Source of the DNA: Haliotis rufescens
Lineage: Eukaryota
Length of the DNA: 64,000 nt
Assembly: GCF_023055435.1 (NCBI RefSeq)
Contig: NW_025964057.1
Span: 3,410,001 to 3,474,000, forward strand
Reading direction: 5' to 3'
Positions 1-12,172 of this stretch are shown here, one piece after another. The stretch's first letter is position 1. Each line of letters begins with the position of its first letter. Made by a program: the position numbers and the translations under genes. Under the pieces are notes generated by a model, which saw nothing but the letters and a program-made list of their open reading frames with translations, had not been told where the DNA came from and searched no databases.

Positions 1-2637
1 CAAACACGAGTCCATTGGTATTTTGCTCGAACTTCACCCCGTAGGAACCCGTTAATCCGGACGGTAGAAGCATGATATCGTCCGGTTAAACGAATCACTT
101 GTATGGAGTAATGCCCTGTACTTGTAAGTGTTTGTCCGCCTGACGGGGTGACTGGATTGACAGGTCAGCCGGATTAACGAGGTTTCACAGTGCGTGTCTT
201 CATGTATACTTCGCTGTAGTGTATATACCAGCACGGACGAAAGTACGTATTACACAAGTCCGTGAAACTACGATACAGCCATATCCTTGAAAGTTTATCA
301 ACACTACATCATGTATAGCATTCTTAGGGAATGTTGTTTCCTGCAGTTCAAAGATAATTCTCTAATTCCCGTAAAGTTTCTCCCATTTATTTTCGAGGCA
401 ATCAAACCCACACCGAAACGTAAATGAACATTGTCAGGTTATGCCTTAGGAAGAGTGAAAGCAGCACGCGCTGTTGCAGAGAACGTCACGCGCACATCTG
501 TCTGTTCCATGAACCACTTCCACCCGCCACCAGCCACGTGCGGAAAGGGAGACGGGGGGCCAGGGTCTTAGTTACATGGGGTAGGGATGGGGCTTATAGG
601 TAACAAACGCAGGTAATGCAATATAATTACAGGTAATGCAAAATAATTACAGGTAATGTCAGATAATTACATAAGGTATTAGGAAGTTTGAAGAAGCTAA
701 TGCTACAGGGAGCCAAGCCGTGTTGAGGAGTTTGTGTCAATAACGGTCATGTAAGACGCCGCATGTGTTGAAGCTTTGTTTGATTAAGTTACAGAAATAA
801 AACAGCTTTTGTATCTACTAGTAAATAACCCCCTACGTAAACACTCCCTCTGTCTCCCAGCGAGTGCTGAAACTGGTTTATCCGCGGAACCAACGGTTCC
901 AGACGCATTCTTGCTGTAAATATTAATTCAGCGTTTCCAATACTCCGTTTGGTCTTGAGTCAGTACAGCTAATACCCATTACACGCATACACCATGCACT
1001 GGCGAATAAAGTAGAAAAACAAACCAGAAGTTCAATCAGTTTAACATGTTAAACTTTTCAAGATTTATATTTGTATGTTTTCCCCTGCACGTCAACACCT
1101 CACGGCTTGTCTGCCGAACCAATAAATCATACCAATTTGAATGGGGTTTTTCTAACGTAAACGCTTTTTTTCCTAAAAGGTGAATTTCTTATGACACCAC
1201 TTCGCATTGATAACTGGAATCCATTAAGCCTGATATTTCAATACCACCAACACAACATCCCAGATCAATCAGCCATCTGGATAACTAGTAAAGTACCAAT
1301 GTGGTAAGAACATTGACTTCAATGACATACATTGTTATCATATTATAAGCACATTTTCAAAACAGCTTTAAAACATCAAAACAACCAAATTGAACCGTTG
1401 TATGATCTTCACCTACACAGGTGAGGGCGCAGGTCTTTGACCTTCTAATTGCCTCCAGGTGTGTGGTCTACCTGGTCGGCCAGTACCAATATGCTTGTAT
1501 AATAAAAACATGTACATCTTACCTCGGAACAATCTCCTTTGTAGCATAGTAGTTTAACCATCTAGAGGTCGTGGTAGTAGTCGTTCCCGTACACGGTGTA
1601 GTATCCACATGCTACCGACTGTCAGTCAGACAGTTAATGCTGCGTCTATAGTATTGCCCTCTATATGCACCAAGATCCTCCTTCCCCCTGAAAACTCATC
1701 CGCCCTCCCCCACGACGAGTATAGCGTTACGTTATGTCATTACCGCTGATAGCAGTTCTAGAGCGTGAAATTCTATTAGGATTTCGAAATAGACTTCGTA
1801 TTATTAGGCTCCCGTAAATATACAAGATCCCTTTTGAAGTGTGAGTTTACATATTGACATACATTGAATTGGCATATATCTGATATTTCTATATACACAA
1901 TGTATCATCGTTATTTACATCCATCAATGGGAACGCCATAATTAACGCTTCTGCTTGTTATCACATATCTCAACAGAAACTCGTTATCTGTTTTCGAGAT
2001 GAAATATTTAGATTATTAACTGGAGAAATACTTTATCTTTTCGACACCGGTTGAAGGTGTTGCATATGTGTAATGCGTTAGGAGGAAATGCGCAGTTGCG
2101 GCTTCTCACGTTACCAAGGTGACGATTTCAGCTGAAAAAACTCTTTGGTAGTTTTTGTGCATGTCGGCGTAATCCATCTGGCACCAGTCTCCCTGGCAGA
2201 CGGAGCCAAGTTTCACTCACTAATCACTCACATCAAAACACGCTCATTACATTTCCGCTCCCCACCACACCCAGCCCCGCGCACAAGTTACATGCCTCTC
2301 AAACATGCAGGCCTAGTTATGTCAGGTATGACTCCCTGACTAAAATACCCGGCACTTCAGGTTTGAATTGGTTCCCCTTACTTAATGCGCGATCGCAGAA
2401 ATAACAGGCGCATTGAGGAAAACATGTTTCGTTAAATTAGGTCCTGCTGCAGCGCTGGCGGAACTATAAACAAATCTCAGTATTTCAGTGTGTGAGTGAG
2501 TTTGGTTTAACGCGTACGCCGCTTACACTAGTATTTCGGTTATTTAATGACGTTATAGTTTTATTTGGAGGTTAGCCAAAAGTGACGCAGGTTGTACAAG
2601 TGTGCCACTTTGGTGAAACCCACGAGCACGGGTATTG

Positions 2638-3048
2638 TATGGTGACCGAGAGGGACATCGCTTTCTCGCTTTAATTATGGCTGCGATTAAGCGATAAAGC
2701 GATAGCACGAGACGAGAAAGCGATAACACGAGACGAAAAAGCAATAGCACGAGACGAGAAACCGATAGTACGAGACGAGAAAGCGATAGTACGAGACGAG
2801 AAAGCGATAGTACGAGACGAGAAAGCGATTGTACGAGACGAGAAATCGATAGTACGAGACGAGAAAGCGATAACACGAGACGAGAAAGCGATCGCACGAG
2901 ACGAGAAAGCGATAGTACGAGACGAGAAAGCGATAGTACGAGACGAGAAAGCGATATGAATATCGCTTTCTCGCCTCGTGTTATCGCTTTATCGCTCTAT
3001 CGGCCGTAATAGAAAGCGAGAAAGCGATGTCCCCACTCGGCCACCATA
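2638..3048. mobile_element. MITE with TAYGG termini, 6-bp TSD and internal 21-bp tandem array (IS3EU-like)
   Basis: TIRs TATGGTGACCGAG..GGGACATCGCTTTCTCGCTTT / AAAGCGAGAAAGCGATGTCCCC..CTCGGCCACCATA. TSD GTATTG at 2632-2637 and 3049-3054. Internal unit CGAGACGAGAAAGCGATAGTA, about 12 copies. It interrupts a SINE-A copy. Confidence 0.8.
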
Positions 3049-3541
3049 GTATTGTGCTGACAGACCTAGAATCATATTCCCTGTGAATCTTGAATTCGAA
3101 AACATTATCTCCGGGTCCTGTCATTGTTAAGGGGCGCAACTCTGCACAGCACGTTGCCGTGACTTAGATCTCTTAAAGCCGTGTTCTTAATAAACGAGTT
3201 GTATAGGTAGTAAGTGTGTGTATATCATATGTTCAGAAAAGTTTCACTTCCTGCCTTGGAATGGGCTCATTTAGATATGCATCTTTCGATAGCGCGACAA
3301 CCCAGGCCGTTCATGTGGTTCCTGCATACAATTTTGAAGTAATAAATATCGTTTTTTATGTTCCTGCCTGGAACATGTTTGAGATAATTGTGGCCACTTG
3401 AGTTCCCATGCACTATCTACAGTTGTACGTCCAGGTTTCAACCGGTTTACGTGCCATTAGCGGGTTGCGCTTGAGTTTACGATCAGTCTCAGGGTCGGGA
3501 GTACTCTGGGTATTCTGGTTCTTGAAGGGCAAACACAAGTA

Positions 3542-3747
3542 GTGAGTGGGTGAGTGAGTTTCAGTTATATCGCGGCGTGTCAGCTTAATGTGGGAGGAAA
3601 GCTCGAACTGATGCAGGTCTTAGACGTTTACCACTTCCGTGAAACCCACGAGCACGGGTATGGTGCTGACAAACCTAGAAACATAATCGGGGTGAACCGG
3701 GATTCGAACCCACAATCATAGGTTTCTGGCGTGCCCAAGGGACGCAA
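3542..3747 (-). mobile_element. SINE family A partial copy
   Basis: Matches the body and B box of 4836-5111. Confidence 0.8.
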
Positions 3748-4835
3748 ACACAAGTAACAGACAGTGACACTGACACAAGGACAAGAGACTACCACACAGG
3801 GTATTTTCATTTTTATATACTTCAGTGTGAAAGACTGAGATTTTTGAAGCTGCACTGCAGTGAACATAAAACATTGACGGAACTATTGTCGTACAAGAGT
3901 TACCTCCCCACAAATTAGCTCCCCTGAATCGTCACTGTCTAGTCTCTATTCAAACTGTTAATTTCCTTTTTACGTTAATTCCACATTGACAAGGCACAAT
4001 AATGACAAGTCATTTATTGACTTAATTTCTCGTCTTGCCGTGTGTTATTCTCTTGAAAATGTTTTGTTAAAAACTTTAAAATTCTTTAAAACTCGTCAAT
4101 CGAAACTGTTAGTTTCGCAAAGCGCTTTTTTGTAACTTGACCTGCCTGTATTCTTTCGCTTCCAACAGCGGTCTCGTAGATTTAAAAAACAACAATTTTT
4201 TATATTTGTTTATGTATACAATCATATCCAAAAGTATGATAGAAAGATTTTTATTGACCTCAAATATTTGTTGTTACTTTTGAAGACTACACACAATGTT
4301 TATAATACATAGAATAGTCCGTGTGTCCCGTGAAATGTCATGTTTCTCGTTTATCTGAAGGTTGAACACCAATATTACATTGTCAAACAAGGTATTCTGG
4401 CTTTTGAAGATTGAACACCGATAACAGATTGTCAAATAAGGTATTCCGGTTTCTGAAGGTTGAACACCGATAACAGATTGTCACACCAGGTATTCTTGCT
4501 CCTGAAGTTTGAACACCGACAACAGATTGACATACAAGATAGTCTCTGGTTCATGAAGTTTGTCCCGCCAAGAATTCTTGGGGGTAGAACACATTCAAAA
4601 CTCTCTCCCACATCGTCGGCTGCATCATGTGGCACTTGAGGTAGCGTTGTATTCTACGATGCAACACGGATCCTTTGGTGTGATTATAATTAAAGCCTTA
4701 TGTCCCTCATTTCCTTAGTTTTCATACTACCAAGTTTATGTTTCCCAATGTGTTACCCGGACCACCGCCTCTTGGCGTCTCTGCCACATACATTCACATT
4801 CTCATACTCATTGTAAGTGAAGACTGAAGCTTCCA

Positions 4836-5111
4836 AGGGGGCACGGGTGGCCCAGTCGTCTAAGGCGCCGCGATTCGCTGTGCAGAGTTGCGTCCCTTGG
4901 GCACGCCAGAAACCTATGATTTTGGGTTCGAATCCCGGTTCGCCCCGATTACGTTTCTTGGTTTGTCAGCGGCATACCCGTGCTCGTGGGTTTCACCGAA
5001 GTGGTAAACGTCTAAGACCTGCATCACTTCGAGCTTTCCTCCCACATTAAGCTGAGACGCCGTGATATAACTGGAATACTGTTAAAGAGGCGTTAAACCC
5101 AACTCACTCAG
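4836..5111 (+). mobile_element. tRNA-derived SINE family A, full-length copy
   Basis: A box TGGCCCAGTCGTCTAAGG, B box GGTTCGAATCCC, (ACTC)n tail. Other copies at about 2489-3140(-), 3542-3747(-), 6030-6231(+), 12556-12844(-) and 59158-59390(+). Confidence 0.85.
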
Positions 5112-7989
5112 TGAAGCTTCCAAAAGAATCAACAGAAAGTTACGGCCACCGGGAAAGTCAAGATAGCAGGCAAACCAACAGCCAGGCGAACAACAATAGC
5201 TCCTCCCGATGTTCTGAACCATGTGGAGGTGAGTGAGCGAAACAAACAGTTATTACTTAGACATGCATCATACAGCCTCATTGCAATGATCCAGGTGTTT
5301 TAGTTTTCTGTCGACAGCTTCTTAATGCATTGGCTTTGTCTTTCTAGATGGCCAAAGCAAGTCCCCAGTGCCTCACGCAGGTGGCAGGAATTGGCTAAAA
5401 GGGGAATCGGTTGGTGAGACGCTGTTATTGCGAGTCATCGTACCCTGATGGTCTGTCCCAGACCCAATTATATGCAGGTTGATGTGATATCCATGGACCA
5501 TTGCTGACAGGGGCATTAAACATCACTCATTCTGCACAGTGTGGTTGTATTGATTTGGTCGTTGCCGGTCCCTTATTGGTACATAGTGACCTGCGTATGC
5601 TCACCAGATACTCCCAATGACTGCAAGATTTCAAACAGCCATTATTATTCGTATTCGCCAACTTCCAGGGCAATTTTTGAATCATGGTGCCACTAATTTC
5701 TAAATTCCTATCATCTGAAACACTGGTAATACTTCTGGTGGCTGTATGCCAGTGTATATCCCCGCGTTAATGCTTATTGGTTCTTGTTTAACGCCGCACC
5801 GGTCACTATTCCCGCTTTACGGCGGCGGTCTGTAAATAATCTACCGAATTGGGATACAATGACATGTTTATTAAGAATAAGACTCACCACAGCCGTGGCC
5901 CTAAGATGGGTTTGCAGAATTGAGGTCGGTGAGGTAGCCGAGTGGTTAAAGCGTTTGCTCCTGCGCACACCGAAGGCCCGGGATCGATTCCCCTTATGGG
6001 TACAATATGTTAAGCTCTGTTGTGCCGCAGTTGGCTGTATCAGACACCTATGATCATGGGTTCGAATCCCAGATTCGCCATGTTTTTATCTTCAGCACCA
6101 TATCCGTGCTCGTGGTATAAAGTGGCAACGTCTCATGCCTGCATCACTTCTGGCTTTCCACTTACATCAAGCTGTCACAGCGTGAAATAACTGAAACAAT
6201 GTTCAAGGCAGCGTTAAACACCACTCACTCATACATTCAGAGACAACGAGCACCCAGGATGGAACTACAAGGCGCTAAACTCTTTTTCTCATGTGGCGCA
6301 ATACATGATATTTAGACATGCTTTATGCCTAGCCGAGAGTTATGAGTTTGCATTGAAATAATGTAGTCTTGGGATGGCTTCAGTCCAGTCAGCGGGGGCT
6401 ACACTATTGCCTAGCTCCCGGGAGGAATGTCGATATATATAAGGATGATTTAATGTGGTTCTGTTCCGCTAGTCAGTGCGGGGAAACGTCGGATGTGACC
6501 AACTGACGTGTAATGGTCAGGAATTGCGCATCATTACAACTTCGGATAAACCGAACTACTGGTTCATTTGAGATTGTTATATCCGGAGCGTGATCTCCAA
6601 ACCTCGCCAACGAACTGTAGCTTGTGTAAAACTAGATACATATAGTTTATACATTTTAAACTACATACACTGTACACCCTCGTGAAGATCGGGGTTAGAA
6701 GTGGTCTTCAGTAACTCATGGTTGTGGTAAGAGGTAATTGACGGGATCACGTGATCAGGCTCGCTGACTTGGTTGATATATGTGATCGTATCCAAAATGC
6801 GTATATTGCTGCTCATGGGGTCAGTCGCTGGATTGTCTGGTCCAGACTCGATTATTTACAGACCACGTTATATAGCTGGAATATTGCTGAGTGCCGCGGT
6901 GAACCACAAACAAAGCCTTTCCTGAGCACAGTTTCCTGATGTGCACGATGGGACATCATAGATATATTTCCCTAAACAACATATAACACTTCTATTGTCA
7001 GTTTGAATATATCCCACTGCACGTTAGATCATTATGGAGTTTATTCCCTTGTTTGGACGGGTTTCGAGGGTGACAGGAACGTCTATCCTGTAGTTGATGT
7101 GTCTCCTCCGACTATTCCTGCAGGTACAGAACCGTTCACGCAATCCCTCTTCATTCCTTCCCGCTATAACTAGAAGTGTGATGTATCACTCCTCAAACCC
7201 CGAGCTGGATATATCCCTCCCTGGAGATGGTATCAGGGCAGAATTTCACACATGGGGGACACGAATTGAAAAGCTGGCTGTCTGGAGGTTTTTTTACTTT
7301 CTGAAATCAGTCCAGATCTGAGGAGCTGTAACGTTTTCAAACATAAAACAGAATTGACTCCCGCGACTGGATTGTTGTGAGCCTTCCTGCCCCCAGCCCG
7401 CGGGAAGATTCCCCGCAGTCATCATACACTGAATACCAGCAGAATTAATACAGAAATTAGGCAGCAACCATTTAACCAATTTAAAGTTTTAAAAACTGGC
7501 GTCTGACCTATAACACTGCCTGAGCTGCTATACCACAAAGGAAGTGGAGTTTCAGGGAAGCTGACAGTGAAGTAAGTCAATGGGTGTTTTGCATGCAGTC
7601 AGGAATATTACAGATTGAAAGGACATTGTAGGAAATAGACCCAGCAGTTAACAGACCCACTGACCCAGGATGTATAGGAACAAAAAGAGTGCAACTATCT
7701 GGCCAAATAAAATGGATCGTTCAGGATGCCATGTTTCTGCACATTACTCCCACAATTTCTGTCTTGTCAAAGAATGCGGGAACTGACAAAGTCATAAACA
7801 CATCCTGGATAAACTAGGAAATATGAGACAAAGAAACAATCTACATATATGTAAATACTTTATTCCAGTTGTAACAGTTCCACATCCCTCACATGTGTAT
7901 ATATTAAGTAGTTATTGAGGTAAGAAGCAGCAGTACTACATCGGGGGTAAATACAAGCTCGCATAAATAATGAAGTCATATTTTGGCTA

Positions 7990-8221
7990 TCTAGTGGACC
8001 AGTCTATTTGTCTGGTGTACCAAGCAGCTATACCAGTTAAGTCTAGTAGACCAGTCTATTTGTCAAATGGACCAGTTTATTTGTCAAGTGGACCAGTCTA
8101 TTTGTCTAGTAGATCAGTCTATTTGTCAAGTGGACCAGTCTATTTGTCTAGTGGACCAGTCTATTTGTCAAGTGGACCAGTCTATTTGTCTAGTAGATCA
8201 GTCTATTTATCTAGTGGACTA
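7990..8221. repeat. 21-bp minisatellite (CTAGTGGACCAGTCTATTTGT)
   Basis: About 10 diverged tandem units. Confidence 0.9.
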
Positions 8222-8275
8222 GCATAATTATAAGACACCCACACTTCAGACACAACAATAGCTACTTTAATACGT

Positions 8276-10030
8276 CTGCTGTATGGTTGTACTGCTGTAT
8301 GGTTGTACTGCTGTTTGGTTGTACTGCTGTATGGTTGTACTGCTGTATGGTTGTACTGCTGTACTGCTGTATGGTTGTACTGCTGTACTGCTGTATGGTT
8401 GTACTGCTGTATGGTTGTACTGCTGTATGGTTGTACTGCTGTTTGGTTGTACTGCTGTATGGTTGTACTGCTGTTTGGTTGTACTGCTGTATGGTTGTAC
8501 TGCTGTTTGGTTGTACTGCTGTATGGTTGTACTGCTGTATGGTTGTATTGCTGTATGGTTGTACTGCTGTACTGCTGCATGGTTGTACTGCCGTATGGTT
8601 GTACTGCTGCATGGTTGTACTGCTGTATGGTTGTACTGCTGTTTGGTTGTACTGCTGTATGGTTGTACTGCTGTATGGTTGTACTGCTGTTTGGTTGTAC
8701 TGATGTATGGTTGTACTGCTGTATGGTTGTACTGCCGTATGGTTGTACCGTTGTATGGTTGTACTGCTGTATGGCTGTACTGCTGTATGGTTGTACTGCT
8801 GTACTGCTGTTTGGTTGTACTGCTGTATGGTTGTACTGCTGTATGGTTGTACTGCTGTTTGGTTGTCCTGCTGTTTTGTTGTACTGCTGTATGGTTGTAC
8901 TGCTGTATGGTTGTACTGCTGTATGGTTGTACTGTTGTATGGTTGTACTGCTGTATGGTTGTACTGCTGTTTGGTTGTACTGCTGTATGGTTGTACTGCT
9001 GTTTGGTTGTACTGCTGTATGGTTGTACTGCTGTACTGCTGTATGGCTGTACTGCTGTTTGGTTGTACTGCTGTATGGTTGTACTGCTGTATAGTTGTAC
9101 TGCTGTATGGTTGTACTGCTGTTTGGTTGTACTGCTGTTTGGTTGTACTGCTGTATGGTTGTACTGCTGTATGGTTGTACTGCTGTATGGTTGTACTGCT
9201 GTTTGGTTGTACTGCTGTATGGTTGTACTGCTGTATGGTTGTACTGTTGTTTGGTTGTACTGCTGTATGGTTGTACTGCTGTATGGTTGTACTGCTGTAT
9301 GGTTGTACTGTTGTATGGTTGTACTGCTGCATGGTTGTACTGCTGCATGGTTGTACTGCTGTTTGGTTGTACTGCTGTATGGTTGTACTGCTGTTTGGTT
9401 GTACTGCTGTATGGTTGTACTGCTGTATGGTTGTACTGCTGTATGGTTGTACTGCTGTTTGGTTGTACTGCTGTATGGTTGTACTGCTGCATGGCTGTAC
9501 TGCTGTATGGTTGTACTGCTGTTTGGTTGTACTGCTGTACTGCTGTATGGTTGTACTGCTGCATGGCTGTACTGCTGTATGGTTGTACTGCTGTTTGGTT
9601 GTACTGCTGTACTGCTGTATGGTTGTACTGCTGTATGGTTGTACTGCTGTATGGTTGTACTGCTGTATGGTTGTACTGCTGTACTGCTGTATGGTTGTAC
9701 TGCTGCATAGGTGTACTGCTGTATGGTTGTACTGCTGTATGGTTGTTCTGCTGTATGGTTGTACTGCTGTACTGTTTAATGGTTGTACTGCTGTAGGGTT
9801 GTACTGTTGTATAGTTGTACTGCTGTACTGCTGCATGGTTGTACTGTTGTATGGTTGTACTGCTGCATGGTTGTACTGCTGCATGGTTGTACTGCTGTAT
9901 GGTTGTACTGCTGTACTGCTGTATGGTTGTGCTGCTGCATGGTTGTACTGCTGTTTGGTTGTACTGCTGTATGGTTGTACTGCTGTATGGTTGTACTGCT
10001 GTATGGTTGTACTGCTGTATGATTGTATGA
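8276..10030. repeat. 16-bp minisatellite (CTGCTGTATGGTTGTA), built from two 8-mers
   Basis: About 110 units, with occasional extra CTGCTGTA half-units. Confidence 0.97.
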
Positions 10031-11920
10031 TAGTACCGAGGCCCCTGAAGTCAGTACATTGACACATAAACAAAACAGTCACTCTCCATCCCTGTGCTAA
10101 ATCATAACAAAACACAAACACCCTCAAACACCCTCTGTAGCAACACAAACACCCTCAAACACCCTCTGTATCAGAAGACAGACACGTCTGGTTGCTAGTC
10201 TAGGGTGTTGCCAGGTTTGTTCGTCCAACACAATATTCCCAGTCTTCCCCTATGTGGAACATGACCAATGCATAGGTATCCATACTGAAACAGTACAGTA
10301 CCACAGTAATCACACAAGTTGTTGTCCATTACTTGTGTCTACTTTGTCATGACTCAAGTACTTCAGTAGAATTTAACCTGGAAGATGTTTTTATTGATAA
10401 AAGCAAAACTTCCTCAGCTCTAGTTTCCCTAACTAGTGATGACTCCGGCCAGATGATGTCCTACAAACTTGGAGTCCCACAACAACATCTAAACTGACAC
10501 AAGTTTTGTTCCATTCAGCTCGTTCTGCTGTTTGACAGCATTTCTTCAAGGCTATTGTTCACATTAAGGCGTGTGTACAAGACTAAAAGTCACTTTGAAA
10601 ACATTCTCTTGTTTCAAATGTAAAACTTTACATGTTGTAACACTAAAAGAATCAACATATGAAGGTAATTGCGTATGTTAAATTATTCTAAACAACGAAT
10701 AACTCTTGGAGTTGCACATCTGGTTAAAAGTAAGTACACCATACCAGACCAGAGACCATATAATATCTATTATATGGTCTCCAACTATACTAATGACTGC
10801 CGCCAACATGTCCGTCCTCACATGTGCAGAAGCAGAAGAGAGTGAGTGAGTAAGTTTGATTTTACACCGCTTTTAGCCATTTCCACACACCAATAACAAA
10901 TAATAAATAGAAGCTGACCCCTGCAGCTCCTCGTCTTAAGCACATCAACAAGCACCCTGCAGAATAAAAGCACCACCTACCCTGGTACTAGAAGACTAAG
11001 AGATTGCACTCAGCAATATTTAGACGGCGTTCTGTAAATAATCATGTCTGGCCTAGACAATCCAGTGATTGACATCATGAGCATCGATATATGTGATTGG
11101 GGTACGATGACATGCATCAACCAAGTCAGCAAGCCTGACCAACAATCCTATGAGTCGCCTCTTAGGACAAGCATGGGTTGCTGAAGACCAATTCTAACTC
11201 CGATCTGGTTCCACCAAGTTCTGTTAATGTCCAGATTGTAGTAGTGTGTTGTGTACAGGGCAACATGCATGTATTTCGGGACTTTCTGGAGAGTTATCTT
11301 TCCTTGTCTATAATGGTTGCTGACAAATTTGTTTGAATCTTTCATGTTCCCCTATCTAAATGTGCCCATTTAGACAAAAACAGCTGATTTTTGTTTGAAA
11401 TGAGCTCTGAAGAGAGACACTGTTTTAATGGCCTAATCCTGCGGCCACCCTCTAACTACAAGCATTTACATTCCTCACAGCAGGAATCAAGGGAGCTGTT
11501 GCTGAACCAGGCCAAATCACCTTTGTAGAGCATGGTAGTGTGCTCAACTGGTTTCATAATGAGTTGGTGTTTCACGTTTGATCATCAGGTGCACTCTACT
11601 GGTCAATACTGAATGATTGAGTATTGTTTTACGCCTCTTTTAGCAATATTCCAGCAATATCACGGCGGGGGACACCAGAAATGGGCTTCACATATTGTAC
11701 TCATTTGGGGAATCAAACCCAGGCCTTCTGCATGACGTGTGAACGCTTTAACCACTAGGCTACCCCACCACCCCCTCTACTGGTCAATAACCATGGTCAC
11801 CGGTAAATTACAAAGAGTAATACCGTCCCCAACTAGCAGGAATAATATGTCCTTCAGGAAAAGATATAACACTATAAGTAAAACATAATTAATTCCATCT
11901 TCCACATGCTTCTTCCTTGT

Positions 11921-12172
11921 CTAGGGTTTGTAGTTCTGGAGAACGTGCGCAATGCCTTCTCTGAACCTTGTCCTCTGACCACAGCCCAGCGCCTCGAGCC
12001 GGGAACAGTCCAGGTGGGAGTTGAAGGGCCGCGTGGCACCAATTGAGGGCTTCTTATCGGCTTCGATGTGACTGGCTGGGAGGCTAAATATCTCTGCCAT
12101 TGCCACAGCCATGTCGTACTTGGTCATGTTTTCATCACTGCTCCAGTGGAAGGTGCCGCTGATGGAGTTATC
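11921..12172 (-). CDS. MAT2B: MAT2B coding exon 5 (DNSISGTFHWS...NYKP*)
   Basis: Acceptor CTCCAG|, 252 nt to TAG. Confidence 0.93.
   Translation of the reverse strand, partial: DNSISGTFHWSSDENMTKYDMAVAMAEIFSLPASHIEADKKPSIGATRPFNSHLDCSRLEALGCGQRTRFREGIAHVLQNYKP

Noticed and set aside
2553-2897. 114-aa ORF (SLSRLVL repeats)
   Set aside because: Translation of the 21-bp array inside the MITE.
8203-10148. Long ORFs of 230-628 aa on both strands (QQYNHTAVQPYSSTT / CTAVWLYCCMVVLLYG)
   Set aside because: They are translations of a stop-free 16-bp tandem repeat, open in nearly all frames, with no splice or start context.
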